This document shows positions 1 through 8,957 of a DNA stretch of 64,000 nt, in pieces. Numbering within the stretch: position 1 is the stretch's first letter; each line of letters begins with the position of its first letter. This DNA is from Marinobacter antarcticus (lineage in GTDB: Bacteria > Pseudomonadota > Gammaproteobacteria > Pseudomonadales > Oleiphilaceae): positions 11,952-75,951 of the forward strand of contig NZ_DRGY01000100.1 of assembly GCF_011049865.1 (NCBI RefSeq), written 5' to 3'. A program made the translations under genes and the position numbers. The notes under the pieces are model-generated. The model ran no database searches. It was not told the origin of the DNA and saw nothing but the letters and a program-made list of their open reading frames with translations.

Positions 1-302
1 TAGACAGTGCCTTCGCGGTCACTGTCTGCGAGCTCTGCCCGCGCCAGTATAAGGGCCAGTGCCGTTGCTGGCAGCAAAATAAGCTTTGCCCAGACACTCA
101 GTGTATCGATGCGATATGTGCCACTGAATATGCCGGTGTCCTGGCCTAAAAGCGGCAGAGTCAGAACGGTCGCAACCAGCAGGCCGGCCAGCATGACCAC
201 CAGCGCTGTACGGGGCAGGTGCAGCATTTCGGCTACCAGCGCGGCAACAATGCTGAGAAGTAGAATGATCTCGGGGATCAGCAGAATAAGGTCAGAAGCC
301 AT
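1..302 (-). CDS. nuoN: NuoN-like antiporter-type subunit, N-terminal part (runs off the window)
   Basis: Not in the ORF track. ATG at 302 overlaps the nuoM-like stop (TGATG). Translates as MASDLILLIPEIILLSIVAALVAEMLHLP...GTYRIDTLSVWAKLILL, with the NuoN-typical N-terminal LxPE and the 'Y.iD.ls...K' pattern. Position follows nuoM. Confidence 0.75.
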   Translation of the reverse strand, partial: MASDLILLIPEIILLLSIVAALVAEMLHLPRTALVVMLAGLLVATVLTLPLLGQDTGIFSGTYRIDTLSVWAKLILLPATALALILARAELADSDREGTV

Positions 303-1771
303 CAGAACTGCAGCGCCGCTGTGGTCTTGTGAATGATGTCTAACACCCAGGACGGTGCGATGCCCACTACAATAATCAATATCAACAGCGGAGCCAGTGC
401 GAGTATTTCACGTCGGTTCAGATCCTTCATGTCGCTCCACCGGTCGTTTGCCTCACCAAGAAACACCTGGCTGATCGCCTTCAGATAAAGGCCTGCGGTA
501 ATAACGATACCAAGAATAGCGATGACCGCCATTGGTTCGACCTGCAGGGTCGCCAGAAAGATCTGAAACTCGGCCGGAAAGTGCGCCAGACCGGGCAAGC
601 CCAGAGAAGCGAAAGCGGCCAGCATGAAAGACCAGCCAAGCACCGGTGTCAGCTGTAGCAGGCCACCGAATTGGTCCATCTCCCGGGTGTGGGCACGATC
701 TTGTAGCATGCCGACAAGCAAAAACAGGGCGCTGGTGACAAGGCCATGGCTGACCATTTGCAGAACCGCACCATCGAGTGCAATTGTGCGTACCGTCGGG
801 TCGAGCGCCAGCCCGGCAATGGCGACTCCGACGATGACATAACCCATGTGGTTAACGGACGTATAGGCGATCAAACGCTTGAGGTCGCTCTGCGCCAGAG
901 CGGCAAATGCACCATAAAGAGCGGCGATGACACCGAAAGTCAGAATGACGATACCAGCTTCATGAAAGGCGTCTGGTGTCATCTGCAAGGAAAATCGCAC
1001 CAGCCCATAGGTGCCAAATTTCAGCATCACCCCAGCAAGTATGACGCTACCGGCCGTAGGTGCCTGCACGTGTGCGGCAGGTAGCCATGTGTGTAAAGGG
1101 AATACCGGTGTCTTGACCGCAAAGGTAAACAGCATTGCAACTAATGCCCACATGGCTGCCGCGCCGGCCAGAGGTGGGTTGTCGATCCAGGCGCGCATGT
1201 CGAAAGTGTGCGGATCACTGCCCAGATATAGCCCAAGTATTGCCAACAGCAGTGGCAGGCTGCCCAGGAAGGTGTAAATAAAAAACATCAGCGCTGCTCG
1301 CTGTCGGTCTTCGTGTCCCCAGCCGGCAATCATGAAATACATGGATACCAGTGATATCTCGAAAAATACGTAGAACAGGATACCATCCAGCGCCGTGAAG
1401 GTACCGATAGCGGTCGTTTCCAACAGTAGCATCAGCACCACAAAGGCTGGGGCGCGTTCACGCAGCTTGGCAGAATAGATAAAAGTGATGAAAAACAGTA
1501 GGGCGCTCAACAGCACCAGCGGCAGACTGATACCGTCAACCCCCACCCGGTAGGCGGCACCGATGGAAGGCATCCAGTCGATCTGTTCAACCTGGGCAAA
1601 ACCGCTGTCATTAACACCTCGTAACCACATCAACACGCCACCCAAAAGCGTCAAGCCACTGGTTGTTATGCCGATGGCGTGCACTACCCCCGGCGGAGGC
1701 CTGCGCAACACCATGATGAGCAGCGCTCCGAGGAGCGGCAGAAACACGGTTATGGACACGATGGGCAGCAC
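302..1771 (-). CDS. nuoM: NuoM-like antiporter-type subunit of a Complex I-like complex
   Basis: Motifs GVDGISLPL, FFEISLVSMYFMI, AVKTPVFPLHTWLP, AGVMLKFG, IAYTSVNHMG, FPAEF. GTG start with an AAGGAG RBS. Confidence 0.92.
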   Translation of the reverse strand: MLPIVSITVFLPLLGALLIMVLRRPPPGVVHAIGITTSGLTLLGGVLMWLRGVNDSGFAQVEQIDWMPSIGAAYRVGVDGISLPLVLLSALLFFITFIYSAKLRERAPAFVVLMLLLETTAIGTFTALDGILFYVFFEISLVSMYFMIAGWGHEDRQRAALMFFIYTFLGSLPLLLAILGLYLGSDPHTFDMRAWIDNPPLAGAAAMWALVAMLFTFAVKTPVFPLHTWLPAAHVQAPTAGSVILAGVMLKFGTYGLVRFSLQMTPDAFHEAGIVILTFGVIAALYGAFAALAQSDLKRLIAYTSVNHMGYVIVGVAIAGLALDPTVRTIALDGAVLQMVSHGLVTSALFLLVGMLQDRAHTREMDQFGGLLQLTPVLGWSFMLAAFASLGLPGLAHFPAEFQIFLATLQVEPMAVIAILGIVITAGLYLKAISQVFLGEANDRWSDMKDLNRREILALAPLLILIIVVGIAPSWVLDIIHKTTAALQF

Positions 1772-1785
1772 GCAGATTGTCTCCT

Positions 1786-3603
1786 TTAAAAAGTCAGTAT
1801 TGAAATCAGTAGGGTGGCGAAAATCAACGTGGTAACCACGACGGTGATAACCAGTTCGCGATGGATGAGCCCACTTTGCAGGCGACGGGCGCGACTGCCA
1901 AGAGAGGTCACGCCACGAACCAGAGAAAATATCAGCCCGTCGATACCCCGTTCATCGCCAAGGCGCACGGCCTGACCAAGACTGAGTCCAAGTTGCCCCA
2001 GAGCCAGCACCCGGTTGTATAGTGCGCGCTCCAGTCGCTCGCAGCTGCGGGCGATAGCGAGTGCGGGCCGCACCATCCAGGTATTGAAGCCGCCAGCGAT
2101 GGCGAAGCTTCGCTGACTCCATGGCCTCAACGGGCCCAGCAAATGCTGTGCCGGAACAAACCAACCCAGGGTCAGGCCCACTACTGCGGCAACAAGACCC
2201 AGCATCATGGCAACATTATTTGCAGGGAGCGGGTCGGAAAACATTGCCTCGATAGCCGGAAAGGCAGCGCCAAGGATGGCGGCCAGAATAACAAGGCACG
2301 CCAGCGCCGCTCCCATCCATGCCAGACCGGTGATGTTATGGTGTGCGGTGTTTCCTTGCCAGAGAATACGAAGCGACCGGGCCATATAGGCGCCGGTGAG
2401 CAGTGTGCTGGCCAGCACAAGTGTTGTGAATAATGGAGCGTAGGAGGAGGCCAGAGCGGCGGCAATAATGGCATCCTTGGAAAAGAAACCACTCAGCGGG
2501 GGAATACCCGTCAAAGCCAGCGCGGCCACAGCAAAACCGAAGAATATCCACGGTCGGTCGCGCCCTGCGCCATGAAGTTCGCTGAACGCCGTGCTATCAC
2601 GGCTGTGCTGGAACACCCCCGCGCCGAGAAACAGAGAGCTCTTGATGAACGCGTGGGCCAGCAGGTGCAGCAATGCTGCCAGGGGTACCCCAGCCCCGAC
2701 CGCCACCAGCATCAAGCCATACTGACTGGAAGTCGACGCCGCAAGCGTGCGCTTCAGGTCACTCTCGCCCAGGGCAATCAAACCGGTGACCAGGGTGGTG
2801 ATACCGCCAACGATACCAATTACCAGCAGTACCTGATCCGGCAACATCGGCGCCGTGCGGATCAGTAGAATCGCGCCCGCGGCCACCAGAGTGGCGGAGT
2901 GCAATAGCGCCGAGACTGGGGTGGGGCCGGCCATGGCCCGCTGTAACCAGTCATGTAATGGTGTCTGCGCCGATTTCCCCATGGCTGCGACCAATAGCAG
3001 CAGCCCTGCGGCTGTCGCGGCACCACCACCGGTGTTTAACGTGGTGGTGATATTGCTGCTGCCCGCGTCAGCAATGAGGATGAATACCCCAATATAGAGT
3101 CCCAGGTCGGCGCTGCGGGTATAAAGGAAGGCGCGGGTGGCAGCGGATCTTACTCCCGGGCGCTGGAACCAGAAACCGATCAGCAAATAGCTGGCAAGTC
3201 CGATGAGCTCCCAGGCGGCAAGCAGTAATATCCAGTCGCCGGCGAGCACCAGGGTTTGCATGGCGGCGACAAACAGCAGCATGGTGGCAAAGAAACGAAC
3301 CTTCTCATCGTCCCGCTTCATGTAGCCGATGGCGTACACCACCACCAGACCGCCAATAATGGCGACCAGGCCTGAAAGCAATGCTGTGAGTGGTGTGGCG
3401 ACCAGGCTCAGGGGCAGATTCGGCAAACCCGGTAACTGTATCTCGTGGCTCACTCCGGCGCTTGTGTCCGCCAACAGCGCGAGGCTGGCCAGCAGACCGA
3501 TTGTGGCGCCTGATAGCGCGAACACCTCGGGGATTCGCCGCAGCAACAGAATGAGCATTGCAGCAGCAAGCGGTGCGAGGATCGTGGCGAAAATAAGATT
3601 CAT
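1786..3603 (-). CDS. nuoL: NuoL-like antiporter-type subunit
   Basis: Motifs WELIGLASY, GKSAQTPLHDWL, GPTPVSALLHSATLVAAG, FFSKD, plus a C-terminal amphipathic helix ending LQSG...TM. Confidence 0.92.
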   Translation of the reverse strand: MNLIFATILAPLAAAMLILLLRRIPEVFALSGATIGLLASLALLADTSAGVSHEIQLPGLPNLPLSLVATPLTALLSGLVAIIGGLVVVYAIGYMKRDDEKVRFFATMLLFVAAMQTLVLAGDWILLLAAWELIGLASYLLIGFWFQRPGVRSAATRAFLYTRSADLGLYIGVFILIADAGSSNITTTLNTGGGAATAAGLLLLVAAMGKSAQTPLHDWLQRAMAGPTPVSALLHSATLVAAGAILLIRTAPMLPDQVLLVIGIVGGITTLVTGLIALGESDLKRTLAASTSSQYGLMLVAVGAGVPLAALLHLLAHAFIKSSLFLGAGVFQHSRDSTAFSELHGAGRDRPWIFFGFAVAALALTGIPPLSGFFSKDAIIAAALASSYAPLFTTLVLASTLLTGAYMARSLRILWQGNTAHHNITGLAWMGAALACLVILAAILGAAFPAIEAMFSDPLPANNVAMMLGLVAAVVGLTLGWFVPAQHLLGPLRPWSQRSFAIAGGFNTWMVRPALAIARSCERLERALYNRVLALGQLGLSLGQAVRLGDERGIDGLIFSLVRGVTSLGSRARRLQSGLIHRELVITVVVTTLIFATLLISILTF

Positions 3604-3911
3604 CCTTTCAACTCGGCGGCTTCTTCCATTTCAACCGAACCTATGGCGCGGAAACGGGCGATGGCCACACCAAAGCCTACTGCCATTTCTACTGCCATCA
3701 CGGTCATCACGATCAACACAAACATCTGTCCGGCGGGGGTGTCTGGATGCAGGTAGTGCCAGAATGCGACCAGGTTAACCATGGCGCCGGCCAATATTAA
3801 CTCCACACCCATCAGGAGCATCACTAGATTGGTTTGCGACAGTGCGCCGTATATGCCGATACCGAACAGCGCTGCGCCGGTGATTAACGCGGGGAACAGT
3901 TCAGGCGTCAT
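3600..3911 (-). CDS. nuoK: NuoK-like subunit
   Basis: 103 aa, three TM segments, MGVELIL and MAVEMAVG with both conserved Glu residues. Confidence 0.9.
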   Translation of the reverse strand: MTPELFPALITGAALFGIGIYGALSQTNLVMLLMGVELILAGAMVNLVAFWHYLHPDTPAGQMFVLIVMTVMAVEMAVGFGVAIARFRAIGSVEMEEAAELKG

Positions 3912-4429
3912 CAGTTTCGGTTCCTTTTTAAGGGTTCAACCGCCACGGCCGTGGCAGCAATCATGGCGGTAAGGAGTGTGAGACCAGCGGTCTCGAAGAT
4001 CAGCATTGATCTACCCATCAGCTCAAGCCCCAGATCCTCGATCTGTTGTGCGGAATCCGGTACCGAGCCGGCGAGAGTCCCCCAGTTGGTAAATAGGGCC
4101 ACGGCTACGATGGCCAAAAATGCCACCAGACCCGTTATCACGGAACGGCGCTTTTGATGGGTCATATCCATCTTGCCCAGACCGCCCGGATCCATCATGA
4201 ACATCACCATAAAAATCGCCATGATGCTCATTTCCGTGGCCATCATCATGATCTGCAACACACCGAGGAATTCCGCCTGCATCCCGATGAACATGGCACC
4301 GATAGCTGTTTGTGAGAACAGCAGGGCCAGTGCGGAACGCATCATCGAATGAGTGCGGAAGACGACTATCCCGAACCACACGGCGGCGAGCCCAAAGAAG
4401 CTGATAAAAAACGTCTGTGCGCTGATCAT
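3911..4429 (-). CDS. nuoJ: NuoJ-like subunit
   Basis: Start taken at MISAQTFF (ATGA overlap with the nuoH stop). AEFLGVLQIMMM region; C-terminal 'LGLELM...LIFETAGLTLLTAMIAA' pattern. Confidence 0.85.
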   Translation of the reverse strand: MISAQTFFISFFGLAAVWFGIVVFRTHSMMRSALALLFSQTAIGAMFIGMQAEFLGVLQIMMMATEMSIMAIFMVMFMMDPGGLGKMDMTHQKRRSVITGLVAFLAIVAVALFTNWGTLAGSVPDSAQQIEDLGLELMGRSMLIFETAGLTLLTAMIAATAVAVEPLKRNRN

Positions 4430-5322
4430 GGCCATACCAACACCTGCAGCCCAACCACAAAGATATTGAGTAGCGCCAGAGGGATACCGAGTTTCCAGCA
4501 TAAACTCAGCAGATCGGCCTCGCGGACACGCGGCAAAGCCGGCCCGGCCAGCAACATGAGTGCGGTGACCGCCAATATCTTGATGGCGCTCCAGGCCCAG
4601 GGAGGCAGCCAGGGCCCTTGCCAGCCACCCAGATAGAAAACGACGATGGTTGCCGCCAGAGTAATAACCAGCACCAAACGTCCAAGCCGAAAGACTGCCA
4701 GCCGCACGCCGCTGTATTCCGCTTCCACGCCGCCGGCCAGCTCACTTGTTGCCGTGGTCAGGTCGAACGGCGGCAGAAACGCCAGCGCCATGGCGGCGAC
4801 GAAAAACAGTACAAATCCCAGTGGCTGGTAAAGAATATTCCATAGATCCGCTTGGGAGGTAACGATTTGGGTGGTCAACAAAGACTCGGCGCGCATCGCC
4901 ACCGCGGTGACGGGCATAACGATGAGCATGGCATAGGCAATGAGCTGGCCCAGAAAGCGCCAGCCACCGATCATTGCATAGGCGCCGTTCGGCCCCCAGC
5001 CGGCCATCAGCAAAGCCACCAGTACATAAACCAGTGCCGCGTTGATGAACAGTACGCCGGTGGCGAGGTCAGTGATGATCAAACCAGGTGTCAGAGGAAG
5101 CACCGTGGCGGCAAGCAGTGCCGAGATCAACAACAGGACCGGTGCCACCTCAAAGAAAACCCGGTCGGGTTTGCGCGGTACGATAGATTCCCGGCCCAGC
5201 AGGGCGATGCCGGCGGTGATCGGTGCGGCCAGTTGCCAGCGCCCGTTCATAGTCCAGGCTTCGATTACCGCGACCAGGTAAGCACCGACGGCCAATAATA
5301 GGAGTATGAGCGCAGTCGTCAT
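4426..5322 (-). CDS. nuoH: NuoH-like subunit (degenerate acidic loop)
   Basis: Motifs PFDL...SELAGG...[20 protein letters not shown]...CWK. Confidence 0.88.
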   Translation of the reverse strand: MTTALILLLLAVGAYLVAVIEAWTMNGRWQLAAPITAGIALLGRESIVPRKPDRVFFEVAPVLLLISALLAATVLPLTPGLIITDLATGVLFINAALVYVLVALLMAGWGPNGAYAMIGGWRFLGQLIAYAMLIVMPVTAVAMRAESLLTTQIVTSQADLWNILYQPLGFVLFFVAAMALAFLPPFDLTTATSELAGGVEAEYSGVRLAVFRLGRLVLVITLAATIVVFYLGGWQGPWLPPWAWSAIKILAVTALMLLAGPALPRVREADLLSLCWKLGIPLALLNIFVVGLQVLVWP

Positions 5323-7223
5323 TGGCGAATCTCCCAGGGCGACAGATCCAGAGAGCCCACGGCGAGGAGGGCATCGCCCAGCGACTGTTGCTTGGTCAGG
5401 GTGTCGATCAGGGTGAGGTGGTGTGTGGAGGGTGTTTCCAACTGCGCTGTTACCACAAGACCCTTTTCCAGGGTCAGATACAGATGAGCTGCGCCGCGGG
5501 GTGTTTCAACGAATGCCTCGCCAGCGCCGGTTGCCGAGCCGATGGCAGTTGGCTCGGGTAGTTCGATGGTACCGGCGGCATCAATAAGCGCGAGACTTTG
5601 GCTGAGCTCGTCAAGACGTACCTGCAGGCGGGCCATACTATCACCGCTGTCGCGGCTGATTGCCTTGAATCCCAGCGCGGTGTAGACCGGGTTCGTACTT
5701 CGTGCGTCGTTGTCAATGCCCACAGCGCGTGCCACGGGGCCTCGCAAGGCATTATCTTGAGCTAGCCGACCGATGCCAGCGTTGCGTGATTTCAGTAATG
5801 GTGTCCGGCGCAGGCGTTTGATCAGGCTTGCTAAGTCTGGTTTGAGCGCCATGATTTGCTGATCGTTCGCATACCGGAACTTCAGTTGCATTGTTGCAGC
5901 ACGTCGTAACAGCCAGTCGAAGCCCATCTGCTGACCGAACAGCGCCAGCCAGCCCAGATGACTGGTGATTCGTTCTCTTTCCAATGCACCAATGCGGCCA
6001 TGGGCCGCAGTAGTCGTAATGTCGATGCCAGCAGCATTTTCCATCGCCTGGCTGGCAAGAAAGTGATAAGCAAGCGGAGCCAGTGGTTCCATATTGCTCA
6101 GCCGCGCTACAAAGCTAAGGGGTTCGAGCGCCGAACGATGAGGCAATGTCACGTTGTCCGTCAGTGTTCCGGCGTTGGAACCGGCAACCGTGTCACCGTC
6201 GAGCGTCAATGTCAGCAATAGGCCACTAGGCAAACCCGGGAAAAACGGCCCAAAGGGCACGTCGATCCAGTCCATTGGCAGGCCGTCACTGCTGCGTGGC
6301 AGATCTTTGGTAACGTCAATCATGGACATAAACGCATCATCCCCATGATCCATATCCCCATGATCCATATCCCCATGATCCATACCGCTGTGATCCATAC
6401 CGCTGTGATCCATATCGCCATGATCCATATCGCCATGATCCATATCGCCATGATTCATATCACTTTGATCAGTGCTGGCATGATCATGGGCTTTTGAAGC
6501 CTTTGCCTTTCGTGGTTCCAGGGTCATGCCACACTTGGGGCAAGAACCCGGCTCGCTCTGCACGACTTCCGGGTGCATGGGACAGGTGTATTCCTCCGAT
6601 GCCGCATGATCCATAGACTGATGGTCGTTCGCTTCGTGCTGATGACTGTGTGATCCGTGATCGTGCGTCTCGTGCGGGTGACTGTCGACGTCATTGGCGG
6701 ACGCCTCGCGCGGCTCCAGAGTCATGCCGCATTTGGGGCAGGAGCCGGGCTCGTCCTGCACTACTTCCGGGTGCATGGGGCAAGTGTATTCGACTCGAAC
6801 GTGCAACATCGGCGCGTCAAAGTCTGTCACTTCTGGTCGAAAGGCGCCTTCGGCGAAAGCAATTCGAAGTTGGGCAATGCCATCAATCAGGCCTGGCTGT
6901 GACAATTCGGCTGTCACATCTGCAGAAGGTAGGGGCGATAGGTCGTCTGTACCCAGAACCAGTAAAGCGCGAGGCCGCGCCATCTGGGCATAGATCACTG
7001 CGGCGGCGTTCCGCAGCGCAGGCGAGATATCGCCAACCACGAGCAGCACGCTGGCGTGGCGAGGGCTGGCTACAAGCCGCACGCCAGCCGCTTCCACATC
7101 CAGCCCCCGTGCATGCGCGATGTCGATCCCCGGAACAAGAAAGCCGGTGAGGTCACGTGCCATTGCTTTGGCCACTAATTGGCGAAGTCCGGAAAGCTTG
7201 CCCTGGCGGGCGCCGACGATCAT
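5319..7223 (-). CDS. Fusion protein: Cys-less NuoB-like domain, two heavy-metal-binding (YTCPMHP) domains, His/Met-rich linker, NuoD-like domain
   Basis: N-terminus [18 protein letters not shown]...IYAQMARPR resembles NuoB. [26 protein letters not shown] occurs twice. (MDHGD)n linker. C-terminus PFGPFFP...[34 protein letters not shown] resembles NuoD. Confidence 0.85.
   Translation of the reverse strand: MIVGARQGKLSGLRQLVAKAMARDLTGFLVPGIDIAHARGLDVEAAGVRLVASPRHASVLLVVGDISPALRNAAAVIYAQMARPRALLVLGTDDLSPLPSADVTAELSQPGLIDGIAQLRIAFAEGAFRPEVTDFDAPMLHVRVEYTCPMHPEVVQDEPGSCPKCGMTLEPREASANDVDSHPHETHDHGSHSHQHEANDHQSMDHAASEEYTCPMHPEVVQSEPGSCPKCGMTLEPRKAKASKAHDHASTDQSDMNHGDMDHGDMDHGDMDHSGMDHSGMDHGDMDHGDMDHGDDAFMSMIDVTKDLPRSSDGLPMDWIDVPFGPFFPGLPSGLLLTLTLDGDTVAGSNAGTLTDNVTLPHRSALEPLSFVARLSNMEPLAPLAYHFLASQAMENAAGIDITTTAAHGRIGALERERITSHLGWLALFGQQMGFDWLLRRAATMQLKFRYANDQQIMALKPDLASLIKRLRRTPLLKSRNAGIGRLAQDNALRGPVARAVGIDNDARSTNPVYTALGFKAISRDSGDSMARLQVRLDELSQSLALIDAAGTIELPEPTAIGSATGAGEAFVETPRGAAHLYLTLEKGLVVTAQLETPSTHHLTLIDTLTKQQSLGDALLAVGSLDLSPWEIRQ
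6341..6460. repeat. 8 x 15-bp tandem repeat encoding M[DN]H[GS][DG] pentapeptides
   Basis: Units ccccatgatccatat, cgctgtgatccatac and cgccatgatccatat read directly from 6341 to 6460. Confidence 0.95.
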
Positions 7224-7580
7224 TTATTGCCTCCGCAATACACCCTGACTCCAGCCATAAAGCAGGCCGAGAAACAGGATGGCAAGAAATACACCCATAT
7301 CAAGCAAGGCAACCAGCCCTACCTGCTTGTAAACCACCGCCCACGGATACATGAACGCCATTTCCATATCGAAAGCCAGAAACAACAAGGCGTATCCATA
7401 ATAACGCGCATGATAACGCACCCAAACTGGGTCACGTGACAGCTGGCCACCAGTTGCGGGGACGTCTTTTCCGGGTTCCTGTTGTGTTTTTCCGGTAGCA
7501 CGTGCGATAGCGTACAGGCTCAGTACGAAGCCTGTCGCACCAACAATCAAGCCCAGCAAAAGTCCATATTGTTCGAGCAT
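7224..7580 (-). CDS. nuoA: NuoA-like subunit
   Basis: YYGYALLFLAFDMEMAFMYPWA and the GWSQGVL end. AGGAG RBS before MLEQYG at 7580. Confidence 0.88.
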   Translation of the reverse strand: MLEQYGLLLGLIVGATGFVLSLYAIARATGKTQQEPGKDVPATGGQLSRDPVWVRYHARYYGYALLFLAFDMEMAFMYPWAVVYKQVGLVALLDMGVFLAILFLGLLYGWSQGVLRRQ

Positions 7581-7778
7581 GCTTATCGTTTCTCCTAATA
7601 CCCGCAAAGGGCAAGGGCTGGCATAGTTTTTCGAGATTGACGTTACCGGTTCTCAACCCGCTACAGCCTGATTTTTATCGAATGGACGACCGAGCCAGTT
7701 GTAAAGCCGGCAGAACCTGCTCAAGAAACTCGTGCATATGCAGACTCTCAGGTGTAATCAAACCATAGATAACACAGA

Positions 7779-7901
7779 TCATAAAGCTAATGACGAATCT
7801 TTATCATGGCCATCCTTATGACCTCCATGACCGAACAGGTGCATGGCGACAAAGATTATGCCAATCAGAGTCCAGAACCAGTTTTCCGCTCGCCATTCCA
7901 T
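7779..7901 (-). CDS. 40-aa single-TM His-rich micro-protein (DUF2933-like)
   Basis: Hand-translated as MEWRAENWFWTLIGIIFVAMHLFGHGGHKDGHDKDSSLAL*. AAGGGTGAG RBS upstream. Below the length cut-off of the ORF track. Confidence 0.6.
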   Translation of the reverse strand: MEWRAENWFWTLIGIIFVAMHLFGHGGHKDGHDKDSSLAL

Positions 7902-7960
7902 ATAACACTCACCCTTCTGAGTTTTGGCACAGTATTGAAATGTTTATGTCTAAGGTTATA

Positions 7961-8854
7961 TCACTGAAGTAATTTTGCAAAAGCCGTCACCAGAGGCCCT
8001 TGCGGCCGGTTTTGGTAATGGAGTTTGAATAATGGTCGTGATAGTGGTGCAGAGCCCGAGACGCTCACTTCCCGAATGCAACCTTGCGTCAGCAGATTAT
8101 CCACCATGATTTTTGGTAACAGGGCACGGCCCAATCCGTGAACCACTGCATTGATAATGGCTTCATTACTGCCCATGGTGATTTTTTTGACGGGTGTTAT
8201 ATGTTCATGCTCAAAAAACTGTTCAGAAACTTCTCGCGTGCCGGAGCCATTTTCACGAACAACCCATAAGGCCTCAGAATCATTAAGGTCTTCCACCTTG
8301 TCATGAATGGCGCTGCCATCGACAGTCGCTTCGACCACCGCAAGCTTGTCATCACGCCAGTGCTCGCAAATAATGCGGGGGTCATTCACGGTACCTTCGA
8401 CCAACCCGATATCGATATCGCAATCCACCAACTGGCGGCTAATTGACTGGGTATTACCGACGACAACCTGGATATCAATAGCGGGATGCTGGTTCGCAAA
8501 CGTTACCAGGTAGGGTGATAACCAGTAGCCCGCAATGGTTGTGCTCGCACCGATCACCAAAGTGCCTCGCTTTAGCCCCACCCGGGCATGAATGTCGTCG
8601 ATAGCCGCCTTTTCCAGCGCAAAAATACCGCGAGCGTGATCAAAGATCACGTCGCCATTTGCGGTTAGCTGCACCCCTTTTCGGCTATTGCCTGTGCCAC
8701 CCGAACGCTCAATCAACGGCAAATCAAGCTGGCTTTCTAGTTCCTTTACGGCCCTCGATACCGCCGGCTGGCTGATATGCAGCGTTTCAGCGGCTCGCGA
8801 GAAGCTACCGTCGACAATTACAGTATGAAAAATACGCAGTAGGTGCAGATTCAC
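7961..8854 (-). CDS. yeiE: LysR-family regulator, YeiE/CysL type
   Basis: HTH SFSRAAETLHISQPAVSRAV; motifs GASTTIAGY, GSGTRE, MGSNEAI. Divergent from yeiH. Confidence 0.85.
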   Translation of the reverse strand: MNLHLLRIFHTVIVDGSFSRAAETLHISQPAVSRAVKELESQLDLPLIERSGGTGNSRKGVQLTANGDVIFDHARGIFALEKAAIDDIHARVGLKRGTLVIGASTTIAGYWLSPYLVTFANQHPAIDIQVVVGNTQSISRQLVDCDIDIGLVEGTVNDPRIICEHWRDDKLAVVEATVDGSAIHDKVEDLNDSEALWVVRENGSGTREVSEQFFEHEHITPVKKITMGSNEAIINAVVHGLGRALLPKIMVDNLLTQGCIREVSVSGSAPLSRPLFKLHYQNRPQGPLVTAFAKLLQ

Positions 8855-8858
8855 CGGT

Positions 8859-8873
8859 ATAACCTCATGTTAT
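8859..8873. promoter_or_regulatory. LysR-type T-N11-A box (ATAAC-N5-GTTAT)
   Basis: Palindrome ataacctcatgttat lies just upstream of the LysR start in the divergent intergenic region. Confidence 0.55.
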
Positions 8874-8957
8874 TCCAATATGATAAAACTATATTCGAAT
8901 TATGCATAAGCAAACCCTACGCTGTATACCTCAGTTGACAGACAGCACGAGGTTCAC

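Noticed and set aside
5319-6340. Group 4 [NiFe]-hydrogenase large subunit (Ech/Hyc/Hyf)
   Set aside because: The domain has no Cys at all, so no RxCxxC or DPCxxC; the C-terminus is NuoD-type (GSLDL...E).
6341-6460. CRISPR-like array
   Set aside because: Contiguous 15-bp coding repeats with no spacers and no cas genes.
1-7580. Calling this the housekeeping NADH dehydrogenase I operon
   Set aside because: No nuoC, E, F, G or I, and no N2 Cys or quinone-site His/Tyr.
7680-7742. 20-aa ORF MHEFLEQVLPALQLARSSIR upstream of nuoA
   Set aside because: Too short, weak RBS and no recognisable motif.
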